Virus record (IMG/VR): IMGVR_UViG_3300028805_000045
DNA length: 64,000 nucleotides
Strand: one strand, 5' to 3'
Source: a virus
Taxonomy: Duplodnaviria > Heunggongvirae > Uroviricota > Caudoviricetes
Of the stretch, positions 25,299 through 36,238 are shown in pieces (position 1 is the stretch's first letter; every line of letters begins with the position of its first letter). Under the pieces are notes generated by a model. It saw nothing but the letters and a program-made list of their open reading frames with translations, did not search any database and had not been told where the DNA came from. The position numbers and the translations under genes were made by a program.

Positions 25299-25634
25299 TC
25301 ACCATCTAATACGATATGGAAATAAATAACAATGCTCATCAATATCAAGCCGAGGACGAAATTCAGGAGTGAGAAATTTTCGTGCACGAACTTCCCATTC
25401 ATCAATAGTTCGACAGCCAGTAATATCTTCAATTCTATAGCCAAGTTCAAAAAGATCATCATTAATTTTATACAAAGTTTCAATAGATAACCAAACTGTT
25501 ATAGAAAATTCATCTTTCTTCGCTGCTTCTTCTATCTGTTCTGCTAATTGAGAAAGAATTTTTTCTTTTCTCTCTTGTTCTCTAATATATATAGGCATAC
25601 TGTTTCGTATTTCTCTCGCACTCTTCATTAACAT
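25299..25634 (-). CDS. Hypothetical protein
   Basis: 111 aa, tightly packed operon. Confidence 0.6.
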   Translation of the reverse strand: MLMKSAREIRNSMPIYIREQERKEKILSQLAEQIEEAAKKDEFSITVWLSIETLYKINDDLFELGYRIEDITGCRTIDEWEVRARKFLTPEFRPRLDIDEHCYLFPYRIRW

Positions 25635-25882
25635 ACCTCAATTTGAATTATAATATTGATTTATTTCAATTAACTTGCCACACGTATCACATACATAAAT
25701 ATAATTAGTGTTACTTCTATGTCCTACTGCATTTTGAAAAACATAGTGTCCACCGCACTCACGGCAAATACCGTTGTTATAAGTATTACTAGAATTACAA
25801 CTAGTAATAAACCATATTACAAACATAATTAAAAATAATAGAATAATAAACTACCACGGAGGTCTTTCATATTCTTTATATC

Positions 25883-26326
25883 TCATTTTTCTGACTCCTC
25901 TACTAAAAAATTATCAAGAGAAATAAATTCAAACTGATCGTAAATATCTGGGATAAAAATGCCAATCCAAAGATCGTATTGATTTACTTTTTTACCGGCT
26001 AAATCACAGTTCCATTCTTCAACATCTTTTACTAATTCACGAGTAGCTTCTTTTGTAATATCATTTTCATAAAGATTATTTTCTACTTGAAATACAAGAG
26101 ATTCGTAACATTTATTACATTTTTCAATATAACCGTCTACACCTAAATAATTAACGCCAAATGCAATACACGAGAAAAGAAGTCCTACCACCGCAATTAT
26201 AGTTGCTCCGGCGCTGATAGGTAAAATTACATCATTAATCCATTCATGCTCAAACCAGTCATTATTATAAATAACTAAACCGATAACACCAATTGCTAAA
26301 ATGATAAATACAATAACTAAAATCAT
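25883..26326 (-). CDS. Membrane protein
   Basis: Two hydrophobic N-terminal segments. Confidence 0.65.
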   Translation of the reverse strand: MILVIVFIILAIGVIGLVIYNNDWFEHEWINDVILPISAGATIIAVVGLLFSCIAFGVNYLGVDGYIEKCNKCYESLVFQVENNLYENDITKEATRELVKDVEEWNCDLAGKKVNQYDLWIGIFIPDIYDQFEFISLDNFLVEESEK

Positions 26327-26679
26327 TATTTATTCTCCTCTTTAATTAAACTTTCCCATTCTTCAATAGTTGTATCTTTTACTTCAAAAGTATATATCTT
26401 TCCAGTTTGTTCGCGCAACTTATATTTATCATTAATTTCTTGCCATGAGACGCTTTCATTTATCGTTGCTTTAATTATAGGAATTCTATTATCGGCTTTT
26501 AGAACAAAGCCGAATATAATAATTAATACTCCTATCAATATTATTCCTATACTACCTTCATAGCCTTGTATAAAACTAAATATAGCTCCAAGGCATAAAG
26601 CTGCTCCCAAAGCTATCATAAACCATCCAAGCGCCAGATCAGAGCCAGAGCCAATAAAACCTTTAAATAATATTTCCAT
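26326..26679 (-). CDS. Membrane protein
   Basis: Two hydrophobic segments, AAGGAG RBS. Confidence 0.65.
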   Translation of the reverse strand: MEILFKGFIGSGSDLALGWFMIALGAALCLGAIFSFIQGYEGSIGIILIGVLIIIFGFVLKADNRIPIIKATINESVSWQEINDKYKLREQTGKIYTFEVKDTTIEEWESLIKEENK

Positions 26680-26690
26680 ATTATTTCTCC

Positions 26691-27422
26691 TTACTCATTA
26701 GTTTTATTTCGCTTATTTAGTTTATACCAATTAATTACGCCAAAAATAGCTACAATAAGATAAATGCTCTTTTTTGTAAGATATACAGCGTCAAAGTGCT
26801 GAATGTACATAGCGACTGCAATGACGTCAGTAATTAGCCACCAAATATACTGTTCACGGAAACGGAATAGTTCAAGAATTACAGCTACAATACCAATAGC
26901 AAGAGTTGCGGCGTCAAGCCAAGCGACATTGCCACCCATTTGTACAAGAATAGCATGATATACAACTGTACCGATACCGATTACTGCGGCAACTAATGTA
27001 TTTTGCCACCAATTTAGACGGCGACTCTTAGTAAGTTCATTCTGCATTTCATCACGATGCCGTGCCCAGTACCACCAAGAGATAATATTCGCTGGCGCAT
27101 AAAAGAAAATTTCGAGGAACATTGTACCATAAATTTTCCAATACCATAGATAAATAATATATACAAATGTATTTACACAAGCAAATACAAAGTTAGAAAT
27201 CGAAGCTTTCGCGCATAAAAATACACAAAATACTCCGGCAATTGCACTAATAAAGTTAATGACCGTTAGCCATGCGGGATTCGCACTTTCACCAGGATTA
27301 GTAAAACCAATATACATGGCTCTTGCGGCAATAAAAACCATAATGGCGGCCATAAGCCATTCATACCATTTCATTGCTTTAATCGACTTTTTTAGATTTT
27401 CCCACTTCATAATTACATCCAT
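26691..27422 (-). CDS. pnuC: Nicotinamide riboside transporter PnuC
   Basis: Multi-TM protein with NFVF, WLDA.T, R.REQY.WW..TD motifs; adjacent to a NadR-type NMNAT. Confidence 0.8.
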   Translation of the reverse strand: MDVIMKWENLKKSIKAMKWYEWLMAAIMVFIAARAMYIGFTNPGESANPAWLTVINFISAIAGVFCVFLCAKASISNFVFACVNTFVYIIYLWYWKIYGTMFLEIFFYAPANIISWWYWARHRDEMQNELTKSRRLNWWQNTLVAAVIGIGTVVYHAILVQMGGNVAWLDAATLAIGIVAVILELFRFREQYIWWLITDVIAVAMYIQHFDAVYLTKKSIYLIVAIFGVINWYKLNKRNKTNE

Positions 27423-27952
27423 CCTTTCGCTTCTTTTTCTGTCATATTACGACAAGTTGTACCACTAATCGGGACAAAATGACGTGGCGGGTCAATAAGA
27501 ATATGCGTTGCTTCTGGATACGCACGCTTAAAATAATCATCGTATGAAGGTTCGCTACTGAACACTGCATCAAGTTTTCCGCAATTAGTTAAAACTAATG
27601 GCGTTTCAGCATCCCAATCTTCTTTGCCTTCTGGCGTTTTACAATTAGTCACGTCAATTACCAATGGAATGACATGACATTTAGTTGAACGAGTTATAAG
27701 CGCTGCTTCAGTTTGCATCATATTACGACGATAATCTAATGTAAGAAATTCTTTTGGAAGGGTTGTATTATTGTGTATGATTTCTTCTTCTTGTGCCCCG
27801 CCATAAAATAGAATTAAATAAAGTTTATCACAAAGAAATGAAGCTGTTCGGGCGCAAAATCTGTGACCCATATGCCAAGGCATAAACTTTCCACCATACA
27901 TACCGACGTTATAGTGTAAATAATTTTCATCTGCTTCATCAAAATGAATCAT
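27413..27952 (-). CDS. NadR-type NMN adenylyltransferase domain (no kinase domain)
   Basis: GMYGGKFMPWHMGH (HxGH), VFSSEPSY, VPISGT. Confidence 0.75.
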   Translation of the reverse strand: MIHFDEADENYLHYNVGMYGGKFMPWHMGHRFCARTASFLCDKLYLILFYGGAQEEEIIHNNTTLPKEFLTLDYRRNMMQTEAALITRSTKCHVIPLVIDVTNCKTPEGKEDWDAETPLVLTNCGKLDAVFSSEPSYDDYFKRAYPEATHILIDPPRHFVPISGTTCRNMTEKEAKGWM

Positions 27953-28000
27953 CTTATCTCCCCTTTCATACACTTATTATACTATAATTTTAAAAATATG

Positions 28001-28309
28001 TCAATCTTTTGAAGGACGTCCTATATAAATCGAATATGTAGTTTTTAACATAATTGGATTATCTGGATTATTGATGGTTTCACTTTCGTATAATTTTTCG
28101 TCTAAAATCATTTTTGTAAATTGTTTTGCGGCTTCCTCGTCAATATACTCTTTTGGAGTGCCTAAAATATACATTTGTGAAAATTTATATTTTTCAATAG
28201 GATATTCAGTTTTTACAATTTCTATTTTTCTATTAGGTAATAATTCATCTTTTGTATAGCCACCGCATAGATGAATTAATTTTCGCTTAATCTTTTCTTT
28301 TAAAGACAT
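28001..28309 (-). CDS. Hypothetical protein
   Basis: 102 aa ORF in operon. Confidence 0.6.
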   Translation of the reverse strand: MSLKEKIKRKLIHLCGGYTKDELLPNRKIEIVKTEYPIEKYKFSQMYILGTPKEYIDEEAAKQFTKMILDEKLYESETINNPDNPIMLKTTYSIYIGRPSKD

Positions 28310-28532
28310 CTTCTTGTTCTCCTAAATGGCAAAAGCCATAATCGGTTGTACGATCATGAATAATCCAATCACCATCATTTAGTTCATCATAACACATTGG
28401 ACACATTACAGGGTCGCCGCGTTTAACGCAATATTTACATTGTATTACTTTTGTTTTAAATGAATGATCTGGCGGCCAACCGCATGGTTCGACCGGAAAT
28501 TTAATATTTTCAAACATTATTTTTTTCTCCAA
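28287..28532 (-). CDS. Cys-rich hypothetical protein
   Basis: CKYC..CPMC..FCHLGE. Confidence 0.55.
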   Translation of the reverse strand: MEKKIMFENIKFPVEPCGWPPDHSFKTKVIQCKYCVKRGDPVMCPMCYDELNDGDWIIHDRTTDYGFCHLGEQEDVFKRKD

Positions 28533-28851
28533 ATCCGCAATAAAAACTATCGCCAGGAATTATATGTAACCATGAACAATAGCAAGTATAGTCATTTTTT
28601 CCTTCTTGATTTTTAGGAGCTACTATCTCATATTCGTCGCCTTCCCAATGTTTATGAGGTCGATGAATACAATCTTTACAATTTACTACTTTTTTATATC
28701 CCATTTCTTCTGGTGTAGGAAAACATACTTTTACATCATTGTTCTGAGATAGAAATTGTTTAGAAGCTTCTTTTAATAAATTTTCTAATCGTGTTATTCC
28801 GTCTAATTTCGCAAGCTCTTTAATTTGTTCATTAGTTAAAAATTCACCCAT
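28510..28851 (-). CDS. Cys-rich hypothetical protein (paralog of 28844-29191)
   Basis: Shared C.DCIHRPHK..APK..EG..DYTC..FYC. Confidence 0.6.
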   Translation of the reverse strand: MGEFLTNEQIKELAKLDGITRLENLLKEASKQFLSQNNDVKVCFPTPEEMGYKKVVNCKDCIHRPHKHWEGDEYEIVAPKNQEGKNDYTCYCSWLHIIPGDSFYCGFGEKNNV

Positions 28852-29191
28852 GTGCTTCTCCCGCCTTACAATAAAAGTCATCTTCTGGCATTTGAGTATA
28901 ATAAGAATCAATACAAACATAAGGGCAAGTATAATCTATATAGCCTTCTTTGGTTTTTGGCGCCATTACTTTTGAGTATTCTTTATGTGGACGATGAATA
29001 CAATCGCGGCAATATACAATTTCTGGAACAAAAGTAACAGTTGGCGGTTCAACTGTTATAAATTCTTGTGGGGAATTTTTTATTATTTTTACTGCTTCTT
29101 TGAATATTTCTTCATCGCTCATATTTTCAATTTCTTTATAGCGTTTACATAATAATTTAATAGCTTCAATTTCTTCCATTATTCTCTCCAT
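28844..29191 (-). CDS. Cys-rich hypothetical protein
   Basis: CRDCIHRPHK..DYTCPY..FYCKAGE. Confidence 0.6.
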   Translation of the reverse strand: MERIMEEIEAIKLLCKRYKEIENMSDEEIFKEAVKIIKNSPQEFITVEPPTVTFVPEIVYCRDCIHRPHKEYSKVMAPKTKEGYIDYTCPYVCIDSYYTQMPEDDFYCKAGEAHG

Positions 29192-29376
29192 TGAGATTCT
29201 TCAATCTCTTCTTCATTATATAGACGTTTATCTTCATAATTTTTAGTCAATTCAGACATATAATTTGAAAATTCATATTCACAAAAATAGCAAGTTGGCC
29301 GCAAATATCTTTGCCGCATCATACAGTTACTACAATAATAAGTTCCATCAGTTCTTTTTAATAAATTAGCAATCAT
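29179..29376 (-). CDS. Small Cys-rich protein
   Basis: CSNC..CYFC. Confidence 0.55.
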   Translation of the reverse strand: MIANLLKRTDGTYYCSNCMMRQRYLRPTCYFCEYEFSNYMSELTKNYEDKRLYNEEEIEESQWRE

Positions 29377-29771
29377 TATTTATGCTCCAAATTCTTCTTT
29401 ATACTTTCCTCTGCACCATTTTTAAATGCTTCAATTATTAATTTAAGTTTTTCTTCACTAATTAATCCATGTGCCTGACAAATTTTAAGTGCTGCTACAC
29501 CGCCATCTATAAATCCGCTGCCGTACCACTTATGAAAATCTTTATTAAAGGCTTCATTCCATGCGGTTTTTTCGCGAAAACGCTTATCAATTTCTTCAAC
29601 AGAAACACTACCATCAAACTTCACGCCAAGTAATTTTTCAAAATATTCTAAATAAAGTTCTTGTATTCGCATTTTACCGCATTGTAATTCATATTCATTT
29701 CTAGCAATGTTAAGCTTAAGACGTTCATCTTCAAGATAATTTTCAAGTTGCTTTTTCGTATAGAATCGCAT
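29376..29771 (-). CDS. Hypothetical protein
   Basis: 131 aa, GGAGGA RBS. Confidence 0.65.
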   Translation of the reverse strand: MRFYTKKQLENYLEDERLKLNIARNEYELQCGKMRIQELYLEYFEKLLGVKFDGSVSVEEIDKRFREKTAWNEAFNKDFHKWYGSGFIDGGVAALKICQAHGLISEEKLKLIIEAFKNGAEESIKKNLEHK

Positions 29772-29783
29772 AGTTATTCCTCC

Positions 29784-30314
29784 TTAATCCCACATTGCAT
29801 AAAGTTCTTGAGCAAGTCGTGCGAACGCATCTTCTAATAAAGTTTGCTATTCTTTAGATAGTTCATTTAAGCGATTGAAATATTTTTCATCTATTTCAGT
29901 TCGCTTTGGCGTATAAATAAGGTTTCCGTGTTCATCTCTTTTCCATTCATGATCCCAATCATCTAATTGTTTCATATAATCTTCGTAATATTCATTTTTA
30001 TTATTACCTTCGCAGTCTTGGCAATCTTCAAGGTCTTTGGCAATTTTAAATAAATATTCTTGCCAATCTTCAAATTCAGGGAACTTCTCATTTGAGGGCC
30101 ATCCATGAGAATGTTCTGCTAAATATTTAAGTGCGGCAGGAAGTACTTGTAATAACCATGAATCTAAATTCCAAGTGTCTGATGGCGCGAAACCTTTTGT
30201 ACCACGCTAAATAAAATCTTTAATATTACAATAAGTATGTTTAAAAAATTTCCAGGGATGCAATAAATAATATTTTTTTGAATAAGGATAATCTTTTAAT
30301 ACATTTAATCCCAT
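29784..30314 (-). CDS. Hypothetical phage protein, TAG-recoded (176 aa)
   Basis: Not in the ORF track; MGLNVLKD..FI(Q)RGTKGFAPSDTWNLD..HGWP..LYAMWD. Confidence 0.7.
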
Positions 30315-30318
30315 AATA

Positions 30319-30561
30319 TCACCTATTAATTTTTTTCATTTTTACTAAAAACGCACGAGCTTCATCATAAGTATTATATAAATAAAAATCCTATGGTTCT
30401 GGCGCGTCATCTGTTAATTGAATAGGCAAAACAGGTAAGCCCCATTCAAGGTTTACCTCTTTAATCGTCCAATATCTTTCATTTATATAAAATATTTCTT
30501 TAATGTCTTTGTCTCTGTATGGATTATATAAGTCTACAATATATACATGCTATTCATCCAT
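30319..30561 (-). CDS. Hypothetical protein, TAG-recoded (80 aa)
   Basis: ATG overlaps the upstream TAA; two TAGs. Confidence 0.55.
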
Positions 30562-30776
30562 TAAAGTTCCTCTAAAATAATTGGAGTATAATCAGGTTCA
30601 AGTCCCAGTTGAGAACTTACAATTTCATCAAGTTCATCTAAACTTACATTTGGATCTTCTAATGCCGCTTGAAATTCTTCTACACATTCATCGACCATGA
30701 TACGGGCTTCATTTAGAGATAAATTATCCCGCCGCTTAATTAGCCTAATGATGTCGTCGACAGTAGATACTGGCAT
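30561..30776 (-). CDS. Hypothetical protein
   Basis: RRDNLSLNEA..LGLEPDY. Confidence 0.7.
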   Translation of the reverse strand: MPVSTVDDIIRLIKRRDNLSLNEARIMVDECVEEFQAALEDPNVSLDELDEIVSSQLGLEPDYTPIILEEL

Positions 30777-30791
30777 CTTTATTCTCCTTCC

Positions 30792-31148
30792 TTAGCGCCA
30801 TTCAGATTCTTCATCAACATACTTATTAAGTCCGCACATGTTGATGGGAAGAATGCCATATTTTTCCGCAAGCTCTTTAGGAATTTGCTTATTACCATAT
30901 ATATCATAGAATAATTGAATATCTCTAGTAGTTAATTTAGTATCATAAAAATTAAGAATATCAGCAAAAATGTCATCTAAAGTTGGATAAACTTCAGGCG
31001 GATTTTCTTTACTCCAAGTCATTACAATATCTTCAAAATCTTCTGCTTCTGGACTACAATATTCTAGCAAAGGACATTCATCACATTGTTCACTAAAGGA
31101 GTCACACATACGCCGATATTCTTCCATAACTTTCTTAAATTCAGCCAT
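30792..31148 (-). CDS. Hypothetical protein
   Basis: RMC..CDECPL..WSKENP; own promoter. Confidence 0.65.
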   Translation of the reverse strand: MAEFKKVMEEYRRMCDSFSEQCDECPLLEYCSPEAEDFEDIVMTWSKENPPEVYPTLDDIFADILNFYDTKLTTRDIQLFYDIYGNKQIPKELAEKYGILPINMCGLNKYVDEESEWR

Positions 31149-31204
31149 TTAATTCACGTCCTTTCTTTTTTCTATATATAGTATATCATAAAATTTTAAG
31201 TGTG

Positions 31205-31993
31205 TCAAGAATTAGATTTCTTAAATTGCCATTTACCAACAGGGAAGAAATCAAGTGGCTCTAATTTAAATTTATTCTTTTCATGAAGTTTGTCAATTTT
31301 TTCTTTGACTTGTTGATCTTCAATTTCATTACAAACAATATATTTATTAAGGGTATGATAAGTAAATCCTAGATTATCTTCGTCAGTTTTTCCGCAAAGT
31401 CCATCACTTGGAGTTTTATGAGTTAAAATATAAGGTAAGCCGCAAGCATCACCAATAGCTACTACTTCATCAGAAGTAAACTTAGCGAGCGGCGAAAAGT
31501 CTCCGGCGGAGTCGCCATGCCAAGTTGAGTAGCCAACCCAATCTTCACTTAAATTACAAGTATTAATTACAAAAGCATTACCAAGAGTTTGCGCAATCAT
31601 GTATAGATAAACCATACGTACTCGTGCGGGCATGTTAATTAGAGCTTGATCACTTGGCTTTGCTAGCGCAAGTGCGGTCTTAGTTTCAAAACTATTACAA
31701 GTACCTCTAATATTAATTAAATATTCATGAATACCTAAATGATGAATTAATGCTTTTGCGTCATTAAGATCACTTTGATCTCCGTTAGGCATCATAACTC
31801 CATGCACTCTATCTTTACCAATAGCTTCAACACACAAAGCGGCGACTACACTAGAATCTTTTCCGCCGCTAATTCCAATTACTGCTTTGGAGGTCGTACC
31901 AAAGCTATTCATCTTGTTACGAATCCATTCTACAACGGCGTTTTTTGCGGCTTTGGCATCAAAATTTTTCATATGAAAATCATAACTATCCAT
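31205..31993 (-). CDS. nadE: NH3-dependent NAD+ synthetase
   Basis: GISGGKDSSV, ARVRM, NLSEDWVGYST.HGD, TPSDGL..KTDEDNLGFTY; start moved to MDSYDF. Confidence 0.92.
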   Translation of the reverse strand: MDSYDFHMKNFDAKAAKNAVVEWIRNKMNSFGTTSKAVIGISGGKDSSVVAALCVEAIGKDRVHGVMMPNGDQSDLNDAKALIHHLGIHEYLINIRGTCNSFETKTALALAKPSDQALINMPARVRMVYLYMIAQTLGNAFVINTCNLSEDWVGYSTWHGDSAGDFSPLAKFTSDEVVAIGDACGLPYILTHKTPSDGLCGKTDEDNLGFTYHTLNKYIVCNEIEDQQVKEKIDKLHEKNKFKLEPLDFFPVGKWQFKKSNS

Positions 31994-31994
31994 T

Positions 31995-32180
31995 TCATTC
32001 TTCTCCATGTAAATATTTTTTACAACAATCTTTACAAACATCCCATCGTTTAAGCGTACTATGCCGCCAAGGCTCTGACTTATCTGTCTCCCAAAGTAAA
32101 TATATAGAATAATAATGTTCAAACCATATTGTTTTATTACAATGTGGACACGTTATCGGAAGTATCGCTAATTTTTTCAT
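31995..32180 (-). CDS. Small Cys-rich protein
   Basis: CPHC..CKDCC. Confidence 0.5.
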   Translation of the reverse strand: MKKLAILPITCPHCNKTIWFEHYYSIYLLWETDKSEPWRHSTLKRWDVCKDCCKKYLHGEE

Positions 32181-32766
32181 AAGGATGATTTTTCTCCATA
32201 TATTTATATACACAATAGGGCACATCAAAACGATAGGATGAACCATTTGTGGCTTTATAACGAATCCGTGTGGAAGATAGTTCATTACTAAATTCCATTC
32301 TATAAATATGGTCTAAACCATACTTCTTTTTTAAATCATAAATGAACCATTTACAACTTGGCGCGCCTAGACGTGTAGCAACAATAATATTACAACTTCG
32401 TAGAAGCTCTTCCCACTTATACCAAGTTTGAATATTTATGAAAGCATCCGCGCCAACAATTAGATAAAATTCATTGTCAGGATATTGAGATTTAATTTTA
32501 GCAAGGGTTTCATAAGTATAAGAAGGCCCTTTATTTAATACTTCAATACTACTAACTTCTGCCCATTCAATACAATTAGTAGCATCAACTACTAAATTAT
32601 AACGTACATTAGCAGGAAGCAAATCTTTTTCATTTTTCTGATAAGGATCTCCCGCGGGAATAAACCATACTTCATCTAAACCAAATTTAAGGCGGGCTTC
32701 ATCCGCCAATGCTAAATGTCCATTGTGAATAGGATTGAAGGTGCCGCCAAGTAATCCAATTTTCAT
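32137..32766 (-). CDS. nadD: Nicotinate-nucleotide adenylyltransferase
   Basis: GGTFNPIHNGH, SYTYETL, IVGAD, LSSTRIR. Confidence 0.92.
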   Translation of the reverse strand: MKIGLLGGTFNPIHNGHLALADEARLKFGLDEVWFIPAGDPYQKNEKDLLPANVRYNLVVDATNCIEWAEVSSIEVLNKGPSYTYETLAKIKSQYPDNEFYLIVGADAFINIQTWYKWEELLRSCNIIVATRLGAPSCKWFIYDLKKKYGLDHIYRMEFSNELSSTRIRYKATNGSSYRFDVPYCVYKYMEKNHPYEKISDTSDNVSTL

Positions 32767-32820
32767 TTATATCCCTCTCTTTCTTTTATAATTATATTAT
32801 ATTTTTAAAAGAAAGTCAAA

Positions 32821-33165
32821 TTATTTTAATCTAGCAATTGCATTAACGATATAATTAACTATATCTTTTAATGATTCAACTGTTAAATCTACATTTTGTT
32901 TTGTTGCAAGTTTAGCGACTTCCATTTCAACTAATACTTCTTTTGAAGGAATAAAAGTTATAGCAAGAAGAGAAACTATGAAAATAATAAAATTAATTAT
33001 TTCTAATTTTTTAAAAGTATTTTCTTCAATTATATCTTCTGTTATTAAAGAAAGAGCTACAATAGCACATGTTCCGCTACCAATCATTAATACAATAAAA
33101 AATGTTTTTAAGGAATCAGCAACACTAATCCAATAAATCCAAGAAGGATTAATATAATATTCCAT
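32821..33165 (-). CDS. Membrane protein
   Basis: INPSWIYW..two TMs..FIPSKE. Confidence 0.65.
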   Translation of the reverse strand: MEYYINPSWIYWISVADSLKTFFIVLMIGSGTCAIVALSLITEDIIEENTFKKLEIINFIIFIVSLLAITFIPSKEVLVEMEVAKLATKQNVDLTVESLKDIVNYIVNAIARLK

Positions 33166-33168
33166 TAT

Positions 33169-33471
33169 TTATTCTCCTTTATAATTATAACCATAGATGG
33201 CAATTTCAGGTTTATTATTTACTCTAATATAATATTCACAAATGCCGCAACGACTTCCCTGAGTAATAATTTGATACATAATTCTTGTATTAATATCATA
33301 TACTAGTGCTACTATACCATTTGATTCAATTTCTTTAATAACAGCGTAATTACCGCATATTATTTTATGTTCTTGTGGGTATCCCAAATAACTTTCTTTG
33401 GTAGTTGAAACACATCCAGAAAGAATAAGACATGTAACAATTAATATAATAATTAAAATATACTTCTTCAT
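33169..33471 (-). CDS. Putative lipoprotein
   Basis: Signal peptide with LSGC lipobox. Confidence 0.6.
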   Translation of the reverse strand: MKKYILIIILIVTCLILSGCVSTTKESYLGYPQEHKIICGNYAVIKEIESNGIVALVYDINTRIMYQIITQGSRCGICEYYIRVNNKPEIAIYGYNYKGE

Positions 33472-33665
33472 TTTACTTCCTCATAAGTTTCTTCAAAAAT
33501 ATCAGGCTTACAAGGGTAAATTTCACCATGTACGCCAGTAATAATATAATCGCCTATGTTTGCGTGCATAACACCTTCAAGAGTATGAATATCTAATTCA
33601 GTATCGGTTTGATAGGCTTCAATAATTACAGGCTTTTTACGATATTTACGCACTTCTACATTCAT
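33468..33665 (-). CDS. Conserved phage protein (PGDYG-like)
   Basis: [36 protein letters not shown]. Confidence 0.75.
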   Translation of the reverse strand: MNVEVRKYRKKPVIIEAYQTDTELDIHTLEGVMHANIGDYIITGVHGEIYPCKPDIFEETYEEVK

Positions 33666-33666
33666 A

Positions 33667-34860
33667 TTATTTTCCTTCTTTCGCGGCTGCAAGTCGATAA
33701 TTTACTGCTTGCTGTAAATATTTTGCATATTCAGCATCCTGTGACATGGTTTTCCCACTATCATCAGAAAGCTTAGCAACAGGACGATCATTTACATATT
33801 GTAATTTAATAACAATATTAAGTCCATGTACATTACTATTACTTGTAACGCCACCACCAATACCAAAAGCAACATTTACTTTATCTTTATACGCTTCATA
33901 TAATTCTTGTGCCTTATCAAGACATAGACTATTACTGAATAGAAGAGTTTTAGTATGAGGGTCAATATTATATTTCTTATAATGCGCAATTACTTTATCA
34001 GCCCATTCGTAGGGATCGCCGCTGTCATTACGTACACCGTTAAAAGTTGCGGCAAAACTTCTATCAAAGTCAAGTAAGAATACGTCAGTTCCAAGAGTAT
34101 CAGACAAAGCAATACCATTATCGCCACGATAAACGTCATACCACTCTTTAAGAGCATAGTAGTTAGCGTATGCTAGGGGGTACTTTTCATAACCGAGCAT
34201 AGCCATTGTAAATTCATGGGCAGAAGTACCTGTTGGCATCAAATTGTATTTCTTTGCGAGATATACATTGGAAGTACCGACCATTGCGGTGGTTTCAGTA
34301 GCAAAGCGCCGCACAACTTCATCCTGCCACTCACGAGATAGACGACGTCGCCCGCCAAATTCACTAAACTTAAAGGTATAAGTACCGTCATTAAATTTCT
34401 TAATATTTTCAGTAAGACGTGCACGAGCTCCATCAATTAGAACATCATAAATATAGTTCATACGGAAGTAGACTTCACTAATAATTTCTAGTAGATAGAT
34501 TTCAAAGAACATAGCGGAAAATAGCGGGCCATCTACTACAATATCAAGCTTGCCATCATTCCACTTAATATCTACATAATCACGAATAGGATGCCATAGC
34601 CGCAAAAATTCAACATAATCATAGCGTAAGAAACGAATAGAACGTAGATAACTTAGTTCATCTTCTGTAAAACGCAGTGAGCAAAGATGGTCTACCTGCC
34701 GCAGAATTTCATGATACATTTCTTCTGTGAAATAAACATCCTTATTGCGGCAAGCAAAATAATACTTCCCGCGCAAATCAGTATTGCGAAGAAAGAAAGC
34801 CTGATCCATCGTAAACTTGTACAAGTCAGTATCTAAAAGCGATTCAATACACCAATTCAT
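33667..34860 (-). CDS. pncB: Nicotinate phosphoribosyltransferase
   Basis: [43 protein letters not shown]. Confidence 0.92.
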   Translation of the reverse strand: MNWCIESLLDTDLYKFTMDQAFFLRNTDLRGKYYFACRNKDVYFTEEMYHEILRQVDHLCSLRFTEDELSYLRSIRFLRYDYVEFLRLWHPIRDYVDIKWNDGKLDIVVDGPLFSAMFFEIYLLEIISEVYFRMNYIYDVLIDGARARLTENIKKFNDGTYTFKFSEFGGRRRLSREWQDEVVRRFATETTAMVGTSNVYLAKKYNLMPTGTSAHEFTMAMLGYEKYPLAYANYYALKEWYDVYRGDNGIALSDTLGTDVFLLDFDRSFAATFNGVRNDSGDPYEWADKVIAHYKKYNIDPHTKTLLFSNSLCLDKAQELYEAYKDKVNVAFGIGGGVTSNSNVHGLNIVIKLQYVNDRPVAKLSDDSGKTMSQDAEYAKYLQQAVNYRLAAAKEGK

Positions 34861-34881
34861 TTTTATTCTCCTTTACTTTAA

Positions 34882-35097
34882 TTAATATTGAGACATAGCG
34901 AAATCAAATGCTTCATCATATGTATCAAAATTTTCTTCATACATATAAATATGTCCGCAATACCTTCCGCCGCAAACATACTTTTTATTTTCTATAATAT
35001 ATCGAAAGGTAGCGGCTTGTTTAGTAGTAAGTTCAATGATAGAATATTCATCCTCTTCTGCACTCTGGTTAATTACATACCATTTTTTCTTTTCCAT
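34882..35097 (-). CDS. Hypothetical protein
   Basis: 71 aa with RBS. Confidence 0.55.
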   Translation of the reverse strand: MEKKKWYVINQSAEEDEYSIIELTTKQAATFRYIIENKKYVCGGRYCGHIYMYEENFDTYDEAFDFAMSQY

Positions 35098-35108
35098 TTT
35101 ATGTCTCC

Positions 35109-35372
35109 TTAGAACATAATATATGCGGTATCGCCATAATCAAGATCACTATTTTTTACAATAACATCAGCAAGATTACAAGTGCTTTCATCGTAAAATT
35201 CACGCTCTTCAGCAGTTGGAAGATACATACTTACAATAGATTCATCACTATTACGCTGTGAGTCTAAAGCAAAAAGAAGCGCTCTGGCCTTATGTTCATT
35301 TCCAAAGTATTCCGCGGCAGCATTTTCTACCTCAACGCTATCAAATACAATAATGTTCAATGGTTTTAACAT
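35109..35372 (-). CDS. Hypothetical protein
   Basis: 87 aa, own promoter and GGAGG RBS. Confidence 0.6.
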   Translation of the reverse strand: MLKPLNIIVFDSVEVENAAAEYFGNEHKARALLFALDSQRNSDESIVSMYLPTAEEREFYDESTCNLADVIVKNSDLDYGDTAYIMF

Positions 35373-35436
35373 ATAATTATCATCCTCCCTTTCATATATA
35401 TATTATACTATAAAATTTTATATAAGTCAAATAAGT

Positions 35437-35694
35437 TTAATCCCAAGAAACTCTACTTGAGAAGGGTTCAAGATATTCTATCTGAAAACTACTTTGTTCT
35501 AACCATTCTTTGACTTCTGGTTCAAGAGGATAAAAATTTACATAAATATGAGAAGTTCCATGTTTTGCCGCGAAACGAATAAGTTTACAAATATATTTAT
35601 ATTCCTTTATTGCTTTACGATTTCTTTTTGCGGCCTACTTAGGTATTGCGGCGGTAGTAATTTGTTTTGCCGCATAAGCGTCAAAGTTTTTCAT
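35437..35694 (-). CDS. Hypothetical protein, TAG-recoded (85 aa)
   Basis: MKNFDAYAAK..; one TAG; ATG overlaps upstream stop. Confidence 0.55.
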
Positions 35695-36017
35695 TATTTA
35701 CTTTCTTCCCAATTAATTAATTGTCCGCAATCAACGCAATAGCAATTTTTACGCTGGCGGCTCAACCAACGATGACAGGTAGGGCAATAAAATTCATCAA
35801 CTATACAAGGTTTATTTTCATATCCATGAGGTTCACACCAAAGACAAAAATCATATCCGCATCTTTTACATCTAGGCCCATTATGATAATCATATTCCAT
35901 AGCAAATTCATCTATACTTCCATCTTCATCTCTTACCCAATCATGTTCTGGATATTCTTCATGAATATGATCGGGAAGTTTGGGAGTTGCTTTTTCTATA
36001 AGTTCTTTAATGTCCAT
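35694..36017 (-). CDS. Cys-rich zinc-finger protein
   Basis: Four CxxC pairs. Confidence 0.65.
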   Translation of the reverse strand: MDIKELIEKATPKLPDHIHEEYPEHDWVRDEDGSIDEFAMEYDYHNGPRCKRCGYDFCLWCEPHGYENKPCIVDEFYCPTCHRWLSRQRKNCYCVDCGQLINWEESK

Positions 36018-36030
36018 AAAAATATCTCCT

Positions 36031-36213
36031 TTAATATAATGGATAAGAACAGAAAGGACAATGATGTTCTACTCTTACTACATCATCTACATATTCTGCG
36101 GGATTACCGTCTTTGTCAAAAAAATCCATAGTCCAGCCGCCCTCATTAAATAAATCTTCTCCATATTTTTCTTCTACAATGCAGCCACAACTATCACATT
36201 TATATAGTTTCAT
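36031..36213 (-). CDS. Small zinc-finger protein (paralog family)
   Basis: YKCDSCG..FNEGGW..HHCPFC. Confidence 0.6.
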   Translation of the reverse strand: MKLYKCDSCGCIVEEKYGEDLFNEGGWTMDFFDKDGNPAEYVDDVVRVEHHCPFCSYPLY

Positions 36214-36238
36214 TTTATTTTACTCCTATTCTATAATA

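Noticed and set aside
31994..32122. 43-aa N-terminal extension of nadE in the ORF track
   Set aside because: Overlaps a separate small gene; the RBS and typical NadE length favour the start at 31993.
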